From positions 44-64,043 of the forward strand of contig JBASCT010000022.1 of NCBI GenBank assembly GCA_049651785.1: 64,000 nt of DNA, given 5' to 3'. Each line of letters opens with the position of its first letter. Within the stretch, counting starts at the first letter, position 1. Both the position numbers and the translations under genes were made by a program. The stretch comes from Minisyncoccia bacterium. GTDB lineage: Bacteria; Patescibacteriota; Minisyncoccia; Phycocordibacterales; Zambryskibacteraceae. The notes under the pieces were generated by a model. The model had not been told where the DNA came from, did no database searches, and worked only from the letters and a program-made list of their open reading frames with translations. Positions 8,829 to 17,891 of the stretch are shown one piece after another.

Positions 8829-10823
8829 GTGTCGGAAATGGCCGGAAAAAAGGGCGAAAATCTTAACCCCGAGCAGAGACGGGCGGTGCTTTTGACCGAG
8901 GGACCGCTCTTAATCCTTGCCGGCGCGGGCGCCGGCAAGACCAAGACCATTGCCGAGAGAATCAGACACTTGGTAACAAAAGGGGTTGCGCCGTCAAAAA
9001 TTTTGGCCATCACCTTTACCAACAAAGCGGCGCGCGAGATGCGGGAGAGAGTGGAAAATATTTTGAAAGAAGACAAGGAATTAAACAGGCCGATATCAAG
9101 CGCCGAGCGGCCGTTCGTCAGCACTTTCCACTCGCTCGGGGTCCACATTCTTAGGGAGCAAGCCGCGAACCTTGGCATCAAAAAATATTTTTCCATTTTC
9201 GACCGTGATGATTCAAAAAAGGCGGTTAAAGAGGCGCTTCTCGCGCTCGGCTTTGACCCAAAAACACATGAACCGGGTAAAATTCTCTCGATAATCTCGA
9301 AAGAAAAGGGTGCCGGCAGGAACTTCGAGAACTATGAGGCCTCGCGGCACGGCTACTTCGGGAAAGTGGTCGCGGCAGTCTGGCCCGAATATGACAAGGC
9401 GCTCAAAAGAGAGGGGGCGCTCGACTTCGACGACCTTATTTTGAAAACCCGTGACCTCTTGCGGACCAGGGATGATGTCAGGGATTACTATCAGAATGTC
9501 TGGAGTCACATCCACATCGACGAATATCAGGACACCAACCGCGTTCAGTACGAGATCTCGCGCCTTCTTGCCGACAAACATAAAAATATTTGCGTTGTCG
9601 GGGACGCCGACCAGAATATTTACTCCTGGCGCGGTGCCGAGATAAAAAATATTCTTGATTTCGAGAAGGATTATTCGAATACCTCGGTGATTGTCCTCGA
9701 GGAGAACTACCGTTCAACGAAAAATATCCTTGAGGCGGCAAATAATGTGATAGAGAAGAATAAAATCAGGCGCGAAAAAAATCTTTTTACCGCCAATGAA
9801 GCTGGCGAGAGGATAAGTCTTCTCGCGGGCTTCGATGAGGCGAGCGAAGCGCTCTTGATCGCCGAGAAAACTGGCGAACTCATCCGTGGCGGCACCTTGC
9901 CGGGTGAGATTGCGGTACTCTTCAGGGCAAACTTCCAATCGCGGGCGCTCGAAGAGGCGTTCATGAATCTCTCAATTCCCTACGAGCTTGTCGGCACGCG
10001 CTTTTTCGAGCGCAAGGAAGTCAAAGACATAATTTCTTACCTGCGCCTCGCCCTCAATCCCGAGAGTCTCTCCGATTTTAAGCGGGTGGCGAACGTGCCG
10101 ACGCGGGGCTTGGGCAAAACAAGTATTCTTAAAATCGCGATGGGACAAGAGGGGACTCTGCCGCCCGCCACAAAGAGAAAATTAGAGAGTTTCAGGACCC
10201 TTCTTAAGAGAATCGAAAAGGTGGCGCAGGAGAAAAAACCTAGTGAAACAATCGCTTTTATCATCAAAGAGACGGGCCTTGAAGAGGAGTGGAGGCCCGC
10301 CCGACCGAACGGTCGTTCGGGCGGGGGGGGTGGAGACGAAGGACTTTCGCGCCTTGAAAACGCCTATGAGTTGGTGAATTTCGCTTCAAGGTACGATGAA
10401 GTTGGGCCAGAGCGTGGAGTCCTTGAGCTCCTCTCGGAGGTGGCTCTGCAGAGCGACCAAGATAATATGCGCGAAGACGGTAGTGCCGTGCGCCTTATGA
10501 CAGTACACGCCTCCAAGGGGCTCGAGTTCGATGTTGTTTTCATCACCGGTTTGGAAGAAGGGCTCTTCCCGCATTCAAAAGTCGATGATGACGAGACGGC
10601 GCCCGAAGAGGCCGAGGAGGAGCGGCGGCTTTTCTATGTGGCACTCACCCGCGCGAGGAAAAAGGTTTTCTTGACTTACGCCGAGACAAGAAATATTTTC
10701 GGCTCGCGTCAGGTGGGTCTGCCTTCCACATTTCTCTCGGACATTCCGAACAAACTTTTTGAAGAAACTCTTACTAGTGAGCATGGTGGCGAGAGAAGGC
10801 CGCTTCTCGAAATAGAATTTTAG
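8829..10823 (+). CDS. pcrA: ATP-dependent DNA helicase, UvrD/PcrA/Rep family
   Basis: 664 aa; motif I GAGAGKTKT, motif II DEYQDTN, and motifs V/VI (TVHASKGLEFDVVF; LFYVALTRARK). Confidence 0.9.
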   Translation: MSEMAGKKGENLNPEQRRAVLLTEGPLLILAGAGAGKTKTIAERIRHLVTKGVAPSKILAITFTNKAAREMRERVENILKEDKELNRPISSAERPFVSTFHSLGVHILREQAANLGIKKYFSIFDRDDSKKAVKEALLALGFDPKTHEPGKILSIISKEKGAGRNFENYEASRHGYFGKVVAAVWPEYDKALKREGALDFDDLILKTRDLLRTRDDVRDYYQNVWSHIHIDEYQDTNRVQYEISRLLADKHKNICVVGDADQNIYSWRGAEIKNILDFEKDYSNTSVIVLEENYRSTKNILEAANNVIEKNKIRREKNLFTANEAGERISLLAGFDEASEALLIAEKTGELIRGGTLPGEIAVLFRANFQSRALEEAFMNLSIPYELVGTRFFERKEVKDIISYLRLALNPESLSDFKRVANVPTRGLGKTSILKIAMGQEGTLPPATKRKLESFRTLLKRIEKVAQEKKPSETIAFIIKETGLEEEWRPARPNGRSGGGGGDEGLSRLENAYELVNFASRYDEVGPERGVLELLSEVALQSDQDNMREDGSAVRLMTVHASKGLEFDVVFITGLEEGLFPHSKVDDDETAPEEAEEERRLFYVALTRARKKVFLTYAETRNIFGSRQVGLPSTFLSDIPNKLFEETLTSEHGGERRPLLEIEF

Positions 10824-10842
10824 TAATCTAGCCAACGCCCCC

Positions 10843-11523
10843 GGTTGACACGGTTGACGCTCGGTGTCAACATGAGAGAATAAATTCATGAGAAATATCA
10901 GGTTGGCGGAAGGTGAGTTCTATCACGTCTATAACAGAGGCGTAGACAAGAGGGTGGTCTTTTCTAATAAAAAAGACTTTGATCGGTTCTTGGAGGGTAT
11001 GAAAATATTTAACACGAAAGAAAATGTGGGTAACTTAACTCGCCACAGCAGTACAGAGGGAGAAGAAAAATTGGTTGATTTTGTTGCTTATTGTATTAAC
11101 TCGAATCATTTCCATTTTCTAATTACACCTCTAACAGAAAAAGGGTTGGAAAAATTTATGCACAAATTGTGTATGGGGTATTCGAAATATTTCAACGCAA
11201 AATATCATAGATCAGGCGCTCTTTTCCAGGGAAAATTTAAGGCCATCCATGTTGATACCAATGAGTATTTGTTGCATCTCAGTGCTTATGTAAATTTGAA
11301 CGAAAAAGTTCATAGACATGAGGGGAACAGTAGGTCCAGTTGGGAAGAGTATGCAGAAAGCGCTACAACTGGTTTATGTAAAAAAGACATTATACTTGGT
11401 CAATTTAAAAATCGAGGCGAATATGTAACGTTTGCTAAAAAAGCACTAAAACATATTGTTGATAAAAAATTATCCTTAAAAGACTTGGAATCCAACTCAT
11501 ATCCGTTGACACTCGGTGTCAAC
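10843..11523 (+). mobile_element. IS200/IS605-like element: Y1 (HUH) transposase gene flanked by subterminal hairpins
   Basis: Left end GGTTGACACGGTTGACGCTCGGTGTCAAC (10843-10871); right end GTTGACACTCGGTGTCAAC (11505-11523). The roughly 680-bp size matches IS200. Confidence 0.6.
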
Positions 11524-11541
11524 ATAAAGATAAAGAAATGA
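10888..11541 (+). CDS. tnpA: IS200-like / REP-associated tyrosine (Y1, HUH) transposase
   Basis: 217 aa; HUH motif NSNHFHFLI and catalytic tyrosine region HLSAYVNLN. The stop overlaps the rsmA start (ATGA). Confidence 0.75.
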   Translation: MRNIRLAEGEFYHVYNRGVDKRVVFSNKKDFDRFLEGMKIFNTKENVGNLTRHSSTEGEEKLVDFVAYCINSNHFHFLITPLTEKGLEKFMHKLCMGYSKYFNAKYHRSGALFQGKFKAIHVDTNEYLLHLSAYVNLNEKVHRHEGNSRSSWEEYAESATTGLCKKDIILGQFKNRGEYVTFAKKALKHIVDKKLSLKDLESNSYPLTLGVNIKIKK

Positions 11542-12356
11542 GGGCAAAAAAATCACTCGGACAACATTTTCTAAAATCGGAGAGGGCTCTCGGAAAAATC
11601 GTAGAGGCGGGAGAACTTAAGTCGGGCGATGCGGTACTCGAAATCGGTCCGGGTATGGGAGCTCTGACACAAAAAATGTTGGAAACAGGAGCAAGAGTTA
11701 CCGCCGTTGAAAAAGATGATGGGTTGTTCGGATTTTTAAAAAATAAATTTGAAAAAGAAATCGTTGAAAAAAAATTAACCTTAACTCACGCCGACATTCT
11801 GGATTTAGAAATTTCTTACTCCTTACTTCCTGCTCCTTACTACAAGCTCATCTCCAACATTCCCTACAACATTACCGGCGCAATCCTGGAAAAATTCCTG
11901 TCGACAAAATATCAGCCGGAACGAATGGTTCTTCTCGTTCAGAAAGAAGTGGCGGAAAGAATTGTCGCAAAAGATGGCAAAGAAAGTATTTTGTCACTTT
12001 CCGTAAAAGTTTATGGCAAACCAAGATATGTTGAGACCGTCAAGGCCGGCTCATTTGCGCCGAGACCGAAGGTGGATTCGGCAATTATCGCCATAGAAAA
12101 TATTTCCAAAGAATTTTTCAGAAAATTTCCGGAAAAAGAGTTTTTCGCGCTCCTTAAGGCAGGTTTCAAATCCAAGCGTAAAAAACTCTCTTCAAACCTC
12201 TCCAATCTTTTCGGTAAAAGTGAAATTAATGAGATTTTCAAGAAACTTGGCATAGGCAAGAACGCTCGGGCGGAGGACTTGAATCTCGATTTGTGGCAAA
12301 AATTGGCTGAAAATCTGGAAAAAATGGAAAATAAGAAGAATTTGACGAGTGAATAG
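11538..12356 (+). CDS. rsmA: 16S rRNA (adenine1518/1519-N6)-dimethyltransferase
   Basis: 272 aa; LGQHFL, SAM-binding VLEIGPGMGALT, and NIPYNIT motifs. Confidence 0.9.
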   Translation: MRAKKSLGQHFLKSERALGKIVEAGELKSGDAVLEIGPGMGALTQKMLETGARVTAVEKDDGLFGFLKNKFEKEIVEKKLTLTHADILDLEISYSLLPAPYYKLISNIPYNITGAILEKFLSTKYQPERMVLLVQKEVAERIVAKDGKESILSLSVKVYGKPRYVETVKAGSFAPRPKVDSAIIAIENISKEFFRKFPEKEFFALLKAGFKSKRKKLSSNLSNLFGKSEINEIFKKLGIGKNARAEDLNLDLWQKLAENLEKMENKKNLTSE

Positions 12357-12423
12357 AACAATTTGCGCCTTATTTCTGCCCTTTGAGTCGGGATTTCCTT
12401 CCTAATCCACAATTTCGGTCATT

Positions 12424-12468
12424 TTGTCCTTTAGAGCCGAAAAATGCCTATATTCCGTGTGGTATAAT
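12424..12468 (+). promoter_or_regulatory. Candidate promoter of the T4SS-like operon (extended -10 TGGTATAAT at 12460-12468; weak upstream -35)
   Basis: Direct reading; the first gene's ATG is at 12479 with little or no leader. Confidence 0.45.
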
Positions 12469-12478
12469 TTTCACTAAC

Positions 12479-13264
12479 ATGCGATTCGGAACAATATTTG
12501 CCCTTCTGTTCTCGGTCGTAATCGTAGGACTGGCACTTTTATGGCGTTTCTCGGACACAAAAGAGAGTGAATCTGTCCTTTATTCGGTGGAAACAGAGAG
12601 GCCCGACGACTACGAAGAGGCCTTGGCCTACTTTACCCAGCCAGCTGCCCCGCAAGCGACCACCACCGAGCCCGCCGAACCGAAACCCCTTACGGAGACC
12701 GATATTATCAGCCGCAACCTGCTTCTTAGTTACCTCGGTGTCGCCGTCGGGAACGAGGATATTGAGAAAGAGGATATGGAAAAAGTGGCGGAGCGCTATC
12801 TGGATCAGGCCGTCGGACTCCACAAGTTTGAAAAAATCGGTGCCGAGAGTCTTAAGATGGTGGCGGATAGTGAAGCGAACGCGAGGACCTACGGCCTTGG
12901 GTTCGCAAATATTTACACTACTTACGCGGCCAGCATGGCAGGTGTGATGGGTGACCTTACCGCCACCGACCAGCCGGAGAATACTTACGCGCAGTTTGTC
13001 GCGCCAATAGCAGACTCCTACTCGGGGATCGCAACGGCGCTCAAGGTCCTGCCCGTACCCGTTTCTCTCTCGCTTCTTCACTTGGAGCTTATAAACATTT
13101 ATCTCTCGAATGCGGCCGCTATGAAATCGATTGGGAAAATGAATGAGGAGCCGCTGACTGCCATGTCAGGGCTTGTGGCAATCAAAGAGAACGGGGCGAA
13201 AGAAATGGCCATTCTTAAAGAGCTTATGGAAGTCTTTACCAGCAAGTGGGGCGTAATAGAATAA
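12479..13264 (+). CDS. Signal-anchored hypothetical protein (first gene of T4SS-like operon)
   Basis: Track ORF 12383..13264. I place the start at MRFGTIFALLFSVVIVGLALLW (12479) because it provides an N-terminal hydrophobic anchor and follows the promoter. Confidence 0.45.
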   Translation: MRFGTIFALLFSVVIVGLALLWRFSDTKESESVLYSVETERPDDYEEALAYFTQPAAPQATTTEPAEPKPLTETDIISRNLLLSYLGVAVGNEDIEKEDMEKVAERYLDQAVGLHKFEKIGAESLKMVADSEANARTYGLGFANIYTTYAASMAGVMGDLTATDQPENTYAQFVAPIADSYSGIATALKVLPVPVSLSLLHLELINIYLSNAAAMKSIGKMNEEPLTAMSGLVAIKENGAKEMAILKELMEVFTSKWGVIE

Positions 13265-13268
13265 AAAT

Positions 13269-14393
13269 ATGATACGCAAAAAATATATTACGGGTCTTCT
13301 GGTTCTCTCAATTTTCGCGACAAGTTTCCTGCCGGCCTTCGCTCCCAAGGCAAAGGCACTCTTCGGCGCCTCTATCGTCTTAGACCCCACAGTCAACATG
13401 TCGATTATTTTTGATACTGGCCTTACTCTTGCCAACATGGCCGCAAGAGTCCTGGCCCAAGCGATTTTACAAAGAATGATCGAATCAACTGTTCAGTGGG
13501 CTAATGACGGCTTCGAAGGCAACCCCGCCTATGTCACCGACCCGGATAGCTTCTTCACGAACATCGCCGACAGTGTCGCGGGTGAGATTATCAGGGGTTC
13601 TGACCTTGGCTATCTCTGCTCGCCCTTCCAGAACACCATAAGACGTTCCCTCCAACAAAATTATGTAAATCGAGGTAGCTGGATGCCGCAAAATCGTTAT
13701 CAATGTACTCTAACAAATGTTGTCGGCAATATTGAAGGATTCTATGACGACTTTAGTCAGGGCGGCTGGCAGGGATGGTTTGGCATGACCCAGCGCAGTT
13801 CAAATAATCCATACGGCGCATTTCTTCAGGCACAAGCGGACCTTGATGAAAGAATTGCCAAGAGACTTGACCTCCAAAGAGAGCAGCTAGGTTGGGACAG
13901 TGGATTCTTGAGCTGGAGAGAGTGTACAGGAGGAAGAGCCCCAGGTTCCGGAGAGTGTCTCGGGTTCGGACCGACAAAAACTCCCGGCTCTGTCATCGCC
14001 AATCAGCTCAATCAGGTCTTGCCTGCGAATATGCAGAGATTTATAAATGCCCAGAATCTTGAGGACCTTGTCGCCGCCTTCGTCTCGGGCGCTCTCAACC
14101 GCTATGTCTTCAGCTCCTCCGACGGTCTCTTTAGTTCCGCTCCGCCACCACCGAGAGTCCCCCCGTCGCCACCCCCGCCGACTTCCGGCGCCGGTGCGGT
14201 TCAGACCTGCATGAACAACTGCATCAACCTCTACTGCCCGTCGAGTGACCCAAATAGCGGAAACTGTAACCAGCCGGCACTCAACCGTTGTGTGAATGGG
14301 TGCGCCGGCTTCACACCGCCCGCCCCGGTACCGGGACCGGGCGGTCCATTCTTCCCTGGCCCAGGACCCGGACCAGGCAACCCGATACCCTAA
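13269..14393 (+). CDS. Secreted protein with Pro-rich linker and Cys-rich C-terminal module (hypothetical)
   Basis: Signal peptide LLVLSIFATSFLPAFAPKAKA; PPPPRVPPSPPPPTSG followed by CMNNCINLYCPSS...NCNQPALNRCVNGCAG. Confidence 0.5.
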   Translation: MIRKKYITGLLVLSIFATSFLPAFAPKAKALFGASIVLDPTVNMSIIFDTGLTLANMAARVLAQAILQRMIESTVQWANDGFEGNPAYVTDPDSFFTNIADSVAGEIIRGSDLGYLCSPFQNTIRRSLQQNYVNRGSWMPQNRYQCTLTNVVGNIEGFYDDFSQGGWQGWFGMTQRSSNNPYGAFLQAQADLDERIAKRLDLQREQLGWDSGFLSWRECTGGRAPGSGECLGFGPTKTPGSVIANQLNQVLPANMQRFINAQNLEDLVAAFVSGALNRYVFSSSDGLFSSAPPPPRVPPSPPPPTSGAGAVQTCMNNCINLYCPSSDPNSGNCNQPALNRCVNGCAGFTPPAPVPGPGGPFFPGPGPGPGNPIP

Positions 14394-14397
14394 TTAG

Positions 14398-16485
14398 TTG
14401 ATGAAAAGATACGCCAAGAGAATTTCCGCCTTTCTCCTCGTTTTTATCCTTGTCTTCGGGATAAGTGGCGTTATCGCACCCCAAACGGCTGATGCTTGGA
14501 TATTCGAATACATACAGTGTGCCCTGAGTAACAGCTCGTTTGCTTGCGCTCTACGAGGCTTGGTTACCGGGCTCATGGAGGCGGTGCTTGCAATTGCGGG
14601 TCTTATTACCGGTCTTGCTGGAGTCATGCTTAACGGTGTTGTTTATCACACTGTCGTTAACGTGGCACAGAACTACGCCAATATTCCCGCGATAGACGCG
14701 GCCTGGACCACCGTCCGAGACCTCGCCAATATGGTCTTTATCTTCCTGCTCCTTTACGCGGCAATACGCATCATCCTCGGCTGGGGCGAGGACAGTAAGC
14801 GTCTCATCGTCAATATCATCATCGTCGCCATTCTCATAAACTTCAGTCTCTTTTTCACAAGAATTGTCATAGATGCTTCGAACATGTTGGCGCTCTTCTT
14901 CTACGGCGCCATAAGCCCTGGCGCATCAGTTAATAACTTTTCGCTTGACCCGGGTTCCACGAGCATCGCCGATCAGTTTATGAGCCGGCTTGAATTAACA
15001 AACCTTTATAATGCTGAGGGTGTTGAGACCAGCACAATCTTTGTCATGGGAATAATGGGCACGATGATGCTCATGATAGCTGCGTTTGTCTTTTTCTCCA
15101 TATCTATCATGTTTATCGTGCGGTATGTGATGCTAATTTTCGTTCTTATCCTCTCACCATTGGCCTTTCTTTCATACGCGTTTCCCGCCCTAAGAGGGGC
15201 GGGAAGTAAGTGGCTCGACACGCTGATAGGACAATCGTTTTTTGCGCCAATATATTTCATGATTACTTGGATTGCCCTAAGAGTACTGGGAGATGTAGCG
15301 AGAGTATTGGGAATCGATACCGGAGATTTGCAAGATGCAAGAAACTCCATATCACAGATTGCCACGGCCCAACCCGGCCAGCTGACCATAGAACCCTTTA
15401 TGGTGATTTTGAATTTTCTAATAGTTATTGTCTTTCTCTTGGCTTCACTATCTATCGCAAAGAGTTGGGCCAATCGGGCGGGAAATAGTGCACAAAAGGC
15501 AAACAAGTGGCTTGCTGGGGCTGCCGTTGGAACTGCGGCATTTGCCGGCAGACAAACGGTCGGTAGATATGCCGCCAGAACAGCAGAAAGGGGTGATTTG
15601 AAAGAAAGAGCGCTCGCTGGAGATAGGGGTGCTCGTCTGCAACTTTGGGCGGCAAGAAAGGGGGCCGCCGCAAGTTTTGATGCTAGAGGAGCAGGTCTTG
15701 GTATTGGTGCCGCAATGGATATGGGCAAGGCTGGTGGCAAGGGTGGCTATGCTGAATTCAGAAAGAAACAGGATGATAAGCTAGAGAAAATTGCTAAATC
15801 TTACGGTCCTTCGGAAGTAGAAATTGATCAGGCAAAACAAGCCTTGGCGAGGGCAAAAGAGAGCGGAACAGAACAAGAAAGGAGAGAGGCGCAAGCAAGG
15901 GTGGATCAGCTAGTGGGTATAAAAGGAGGAAAAGAAGGGAAAAAAGAAATCGCATCAAGAAAAGAAGATTTAAGGAGGAGAAAGGAACAGGCATTAAAAA
16001 ATGATGCGAACCTACAATCCTCCATAAACAAAGAGTTGGATATTGAGGAACAAATAAGGGATCAGGAACGCGAGGTTTCCATTGCCGCCAATCCGCACCT
16101 GAAAAGAGAGCGCGAAATGAAGCTTGATGAACTTAAAACACAATTAGAAAAACAGAAACAGGCTTCTAAAGCATTGAGTTCGTCTATTACTGAGGCCTTT
16201 GACAAAGAAATTGAGGGAATAAAAGAAACGAGTAGTTTGGCAGAAAAACATAAGCTGGCCTATGCTTCAATGATTGAAAAAGATTTCATTCCAACAATCC
16301 TCGGCTACAACAAGACAGCGGCGGCCAAAATAAGGGCTGGTAAATCAAAGAAAGATCAAGCTGTAGAGGCATTAAAGGGGCTCCAAGAAGAAGGCGTGAT
16401 TGAAGGTGGTGCCGAAAAAGAGGCGGCGGAACCAGAAACTTCACCAGAAACAACTAATTCTGAAGGTAATCCAAAGGCCGCATGA
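14398..16485 (+). CDS. Polytopic membrane protein with long K/E-rich coiled-coil tail (VirB6/TrbL-like topology)
   Basis: 695 aa; N-terminal signal, about six hydrophobic helices over residues 50-350, then about 300 aa of charged coiled coil. Assigned by topology and its position next to the VirB4-like gene. Confidence 0.55.
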   Translation: MMKRYAKRISAFLLVFILVFGISGVIAPQTADAWIFEYIQCALSNSSFACALRGLVTGLMEAVLAIAGLITGLAGVMLNGVVYHTVVNVAQNYANIPAIDAAWTTVRDLANMVFIFLLLYAAIRIILGWGEDSKRLIVNIIIVAILINFSLFFTRIVIDASNMLALFFYGAISPGASVNNFSLDPGSTSIADQFMSRLELTNLYNAEGVETSTIFVMGIMGTMMLMIAAFVFFSISIMFIVRYVMLIFVLILSPLAFLSYAFPALRGAGSKWLDTLIGQSFFAPIYFMITWIALRVLGDVARVLGIDTGDLQDARNSISQIATAQPGQLTIEPFMVILNFLIVIVFLLASLSIAKSWANRAGNSAQKANKWLAGAAVGTAAFAGRQTVGRYAARTAERGDLKERALAGDRGARLQLWAARKGAAASFDARGAGLGIGAAMDMGKAGGKGGYAEFRKKQDDKLEKIAKSYGPSEVEIDQAKQALARAKESGTEQERREAQARVDQLVGIKGGKEGKKEIASRKEDLRRRKEQALKNDANLQSSINKELDIEEQIRDQEREVSIAANPHLKREREMKLDELKTQLEKQKQASKALSSSITEAFDKEIEGIKETSSLAEKHKLAYASMIEKDFIPTILGYNKTAAAKIRAGKSKKDQAVEALKGLQEEGVIEGGAEKEAAEPETSPETTNSEGNPKAA

Positions 16486-16973
16486 CCGAAGAAGAAAAGC
16501 TTATAAAAGAACAGTGGGACAAACTACCGCCGGCACTCCAGCGGGCGATTGAATCTCTGCCTTGGAAAAGTTTGGTGAAAGAAGTTGGCCAGGCGAATGC
16601 CTTAGACAACGAGCAGTTGGTCTCGCTTGAGAGAGAGGCGATGTTTATCCTATATGGCTTTGAGAACCCCGCTGATTTTGTCTCAAACATCACAAGAGAG
16701 GTTGGGGTTTCTGAAGAAAAAGCTCTGGCGGTAGCGGCAGCCATTGCCGAAAAGATTTTTGAACCTATTTCTACAAAAATTGCTGCTGGGTCTGGCTCAA
16801 ACGCAGCTCTACCCATGGTCGAGGAGGGGGAAAAAGTTCATGATGCTCCGCATGTTGAAGCGGCACCAACACAGCCTGCGCCGCAGGCACGGCCGGAACC
16901 GAAGATAAAAACTCCTTTACCAGATTATCGTTACCCCGACGGCACGGATCCCTACCGCGAACCTCTTAAGTAG
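16482..16973 (+). CDS. Hypothetical protein (operon member; start overlaps upstream stop)
   Basis: 163 aa; ATGA overlap at 16482-16485. Confidence 0.45.
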   Translation: MTEEEKLIKEQWDKLPPALQRAIESLPWKSLVKEVGQANALDNEQLVSLEREAMFILYGFENPADFVSNITREVGVSEEKALAVAAAIAEKIFEPISTKIAAGSGSNAALPMVEEGEKVHDAPHVEAAPTQPAPQARPEPKIKTPLPDYRYPDGTDPYREPLK

Positions 16974-16988
16974 GCTCGCGGGGAAGCA

Positions 16989-17008
16989 GGGAGTAAGAAG
17001 TAGGAAGT
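16989..17008. repeat. Left inverted repeat (GGGAGTAAGAAGTAGGAAGT) abutting the ATG of the four-helix-bundle gene
   Basis: Its reverse complement matches ACTTCTTACTTCCTAC-type units in 17396-17452. Confidence 0.6.
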
Positions 17009-17392
17009 ATGATAATTGATGCAAAAATCAAAACCTTTAGGGATCTAAAAGTCTGGCAAGAGGCTCATAAGTTAGTGCTGGAAATATACAAAGTTACCAA
17101 AAGTTTTCCCAAAGAAGAGTCGTTTGGTCTAACTAGCCAGCTTAGGCGAGCATCGGTGTCTATAACCTCGAACATTTCCGAAGGTTTTAACAGAAGTTCT
17201 GCCAAAGAAAAACTACAGTTTTATTACATTGCCCTCGGTTCGCTCGCCGAGGTTCAAAATCAATTACTAATAGCGAAAGACATAGGTTATATAAAGCCAG
17301 AAATGTCTGATAAAATAGAAGAGCAGTTGATCGTGGCACAAAAATTGCTTAACGGTTTTATAAAAAGTACCCGTTCATTCTCCGAATCATGA
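17009..17392 (+). CDS. Four-helix-bundle protein of the type encoded in 23S rRNA intervening sequences
   Basis: 127 aa; FRDLKVWQEAHKLVLEIYKVTKSFPKEESFGLTSQLRRASVSITSNISEG is the characteristic signature. Confidence 0.75.
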   Translation: MIIDAKIKTFRDLKVWQEAHKLVLEIYKVTKSFPKEESFGLTSQLRRASVSITSNISEGFNRSSAKEKLQFYYIALGSLAEVQNQLLIAKDIGYIKPEMSDKIEEQLIVAQKLLNGFIKSTRSFSES

Positions 17393-17395
17393 CCC

Positions 17396-17452
17396 ATCTT
17401 ACTCCTTACTCCTTCCTTCCTACTTCTTACTTCTTACTCCTTACTTCTTAAT
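17396..17452. repeat. Right inverted repeat with tandem CTTACTC/CTTCCTA heptamer-like units
   Basis: ATCTTACTCCTTACTCCTTCCTTCCTACTTCTTACTTCTTACTCCTTACTTCTTA; starts 4 nt after the stop and ends 4 nt before the next ATG. Confidence 0.6.
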
Positions 17453-17455
17453 TTC

Positions 17456-17884
17456 ATGCGCTTTCAAGTCCCACAATTCATAGAGGTGGAAGACAAAATT
17501 TTCGGACCACTTACCTTTAAGCAATTCGTCTACGCCGGCGGCGGTATCGGCGTCGCGGTCGTTCTCTTTTTCCTCATCCCGAAGTTTCTCGCCATTCTCA
17601 TCGGCCTGCCGATAATGGCTTTCGGCTTCGCCCTCGCGTTCTACAAGATTAACGGCAAGCCGTTCATCGCCGTCGTCGAAGCGTTTGCCAAATACACTTT
17701 CACCAACAAGCTCTATCTCTGGAAAAAGGAGGAGAAAGCGCCGGTCGCGGGCGAGAGAGACAAGCCCTTGGAGCAAGTTTATGTGCCGAAGCTCTCCGAT
17801 TCGAAACTTAGAGAGCTCACCTGGGGCCTCGGGGTCAAAGATGACATAAATTCAGAGAGCGATCGGAGAGAGGATAAGATATAA
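17456..17884 (+). CDS. Small two-TM protein (VirB3/PrgI-like candidate)
   Basis: 142 aa; two hydrophobic helices (IGVAVVLFFLIPKFLAILIGLPIMAFGFALAFY) and the position directly upstream of the VirB4-like ATPase. Confidence 0.45.
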   Translation: MRFQVPQFIEVEDKIFGPLTFKQFVYAGGGIGVAVVLFFLIPKFLAILIGLPIMAFGFALAFYKINGKPFIAVVEAFAKYTFTNKLYLWKKEEKAPVAGERDKPLEQVYVPKLSDSKLRELTWGLGVKDDINSESDRREDKI

Positions 17885-17891
17885 TTAGACA

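Noticed and set aside
12383-12478. Upstream start of the first T4SS-operon ORF
   Set aside because: It would begin upstream of the extended -10 promoter element and adds a non-hydrophobic leader. The MRFGT start gives a normal signal anchor.
15006-15740. 244-aa minus-strand ORF
   Set aside because: Antisense within the VirB6/TrbL-like gene; the Ala/Pro-rich composition is a mirror of the membrane protein's codons.
17396-17452. Possible CRISPR-like array (tandem CTTACTC/CTTCCTA units)
   Set aside because: Units are only about 7 nt with no unique spacers. The block is the mirror arm of the inverted repeat flanking the four-helix-bundle gene, not a CRISPR locus. No CRISPR array was seen anywhere in the window.
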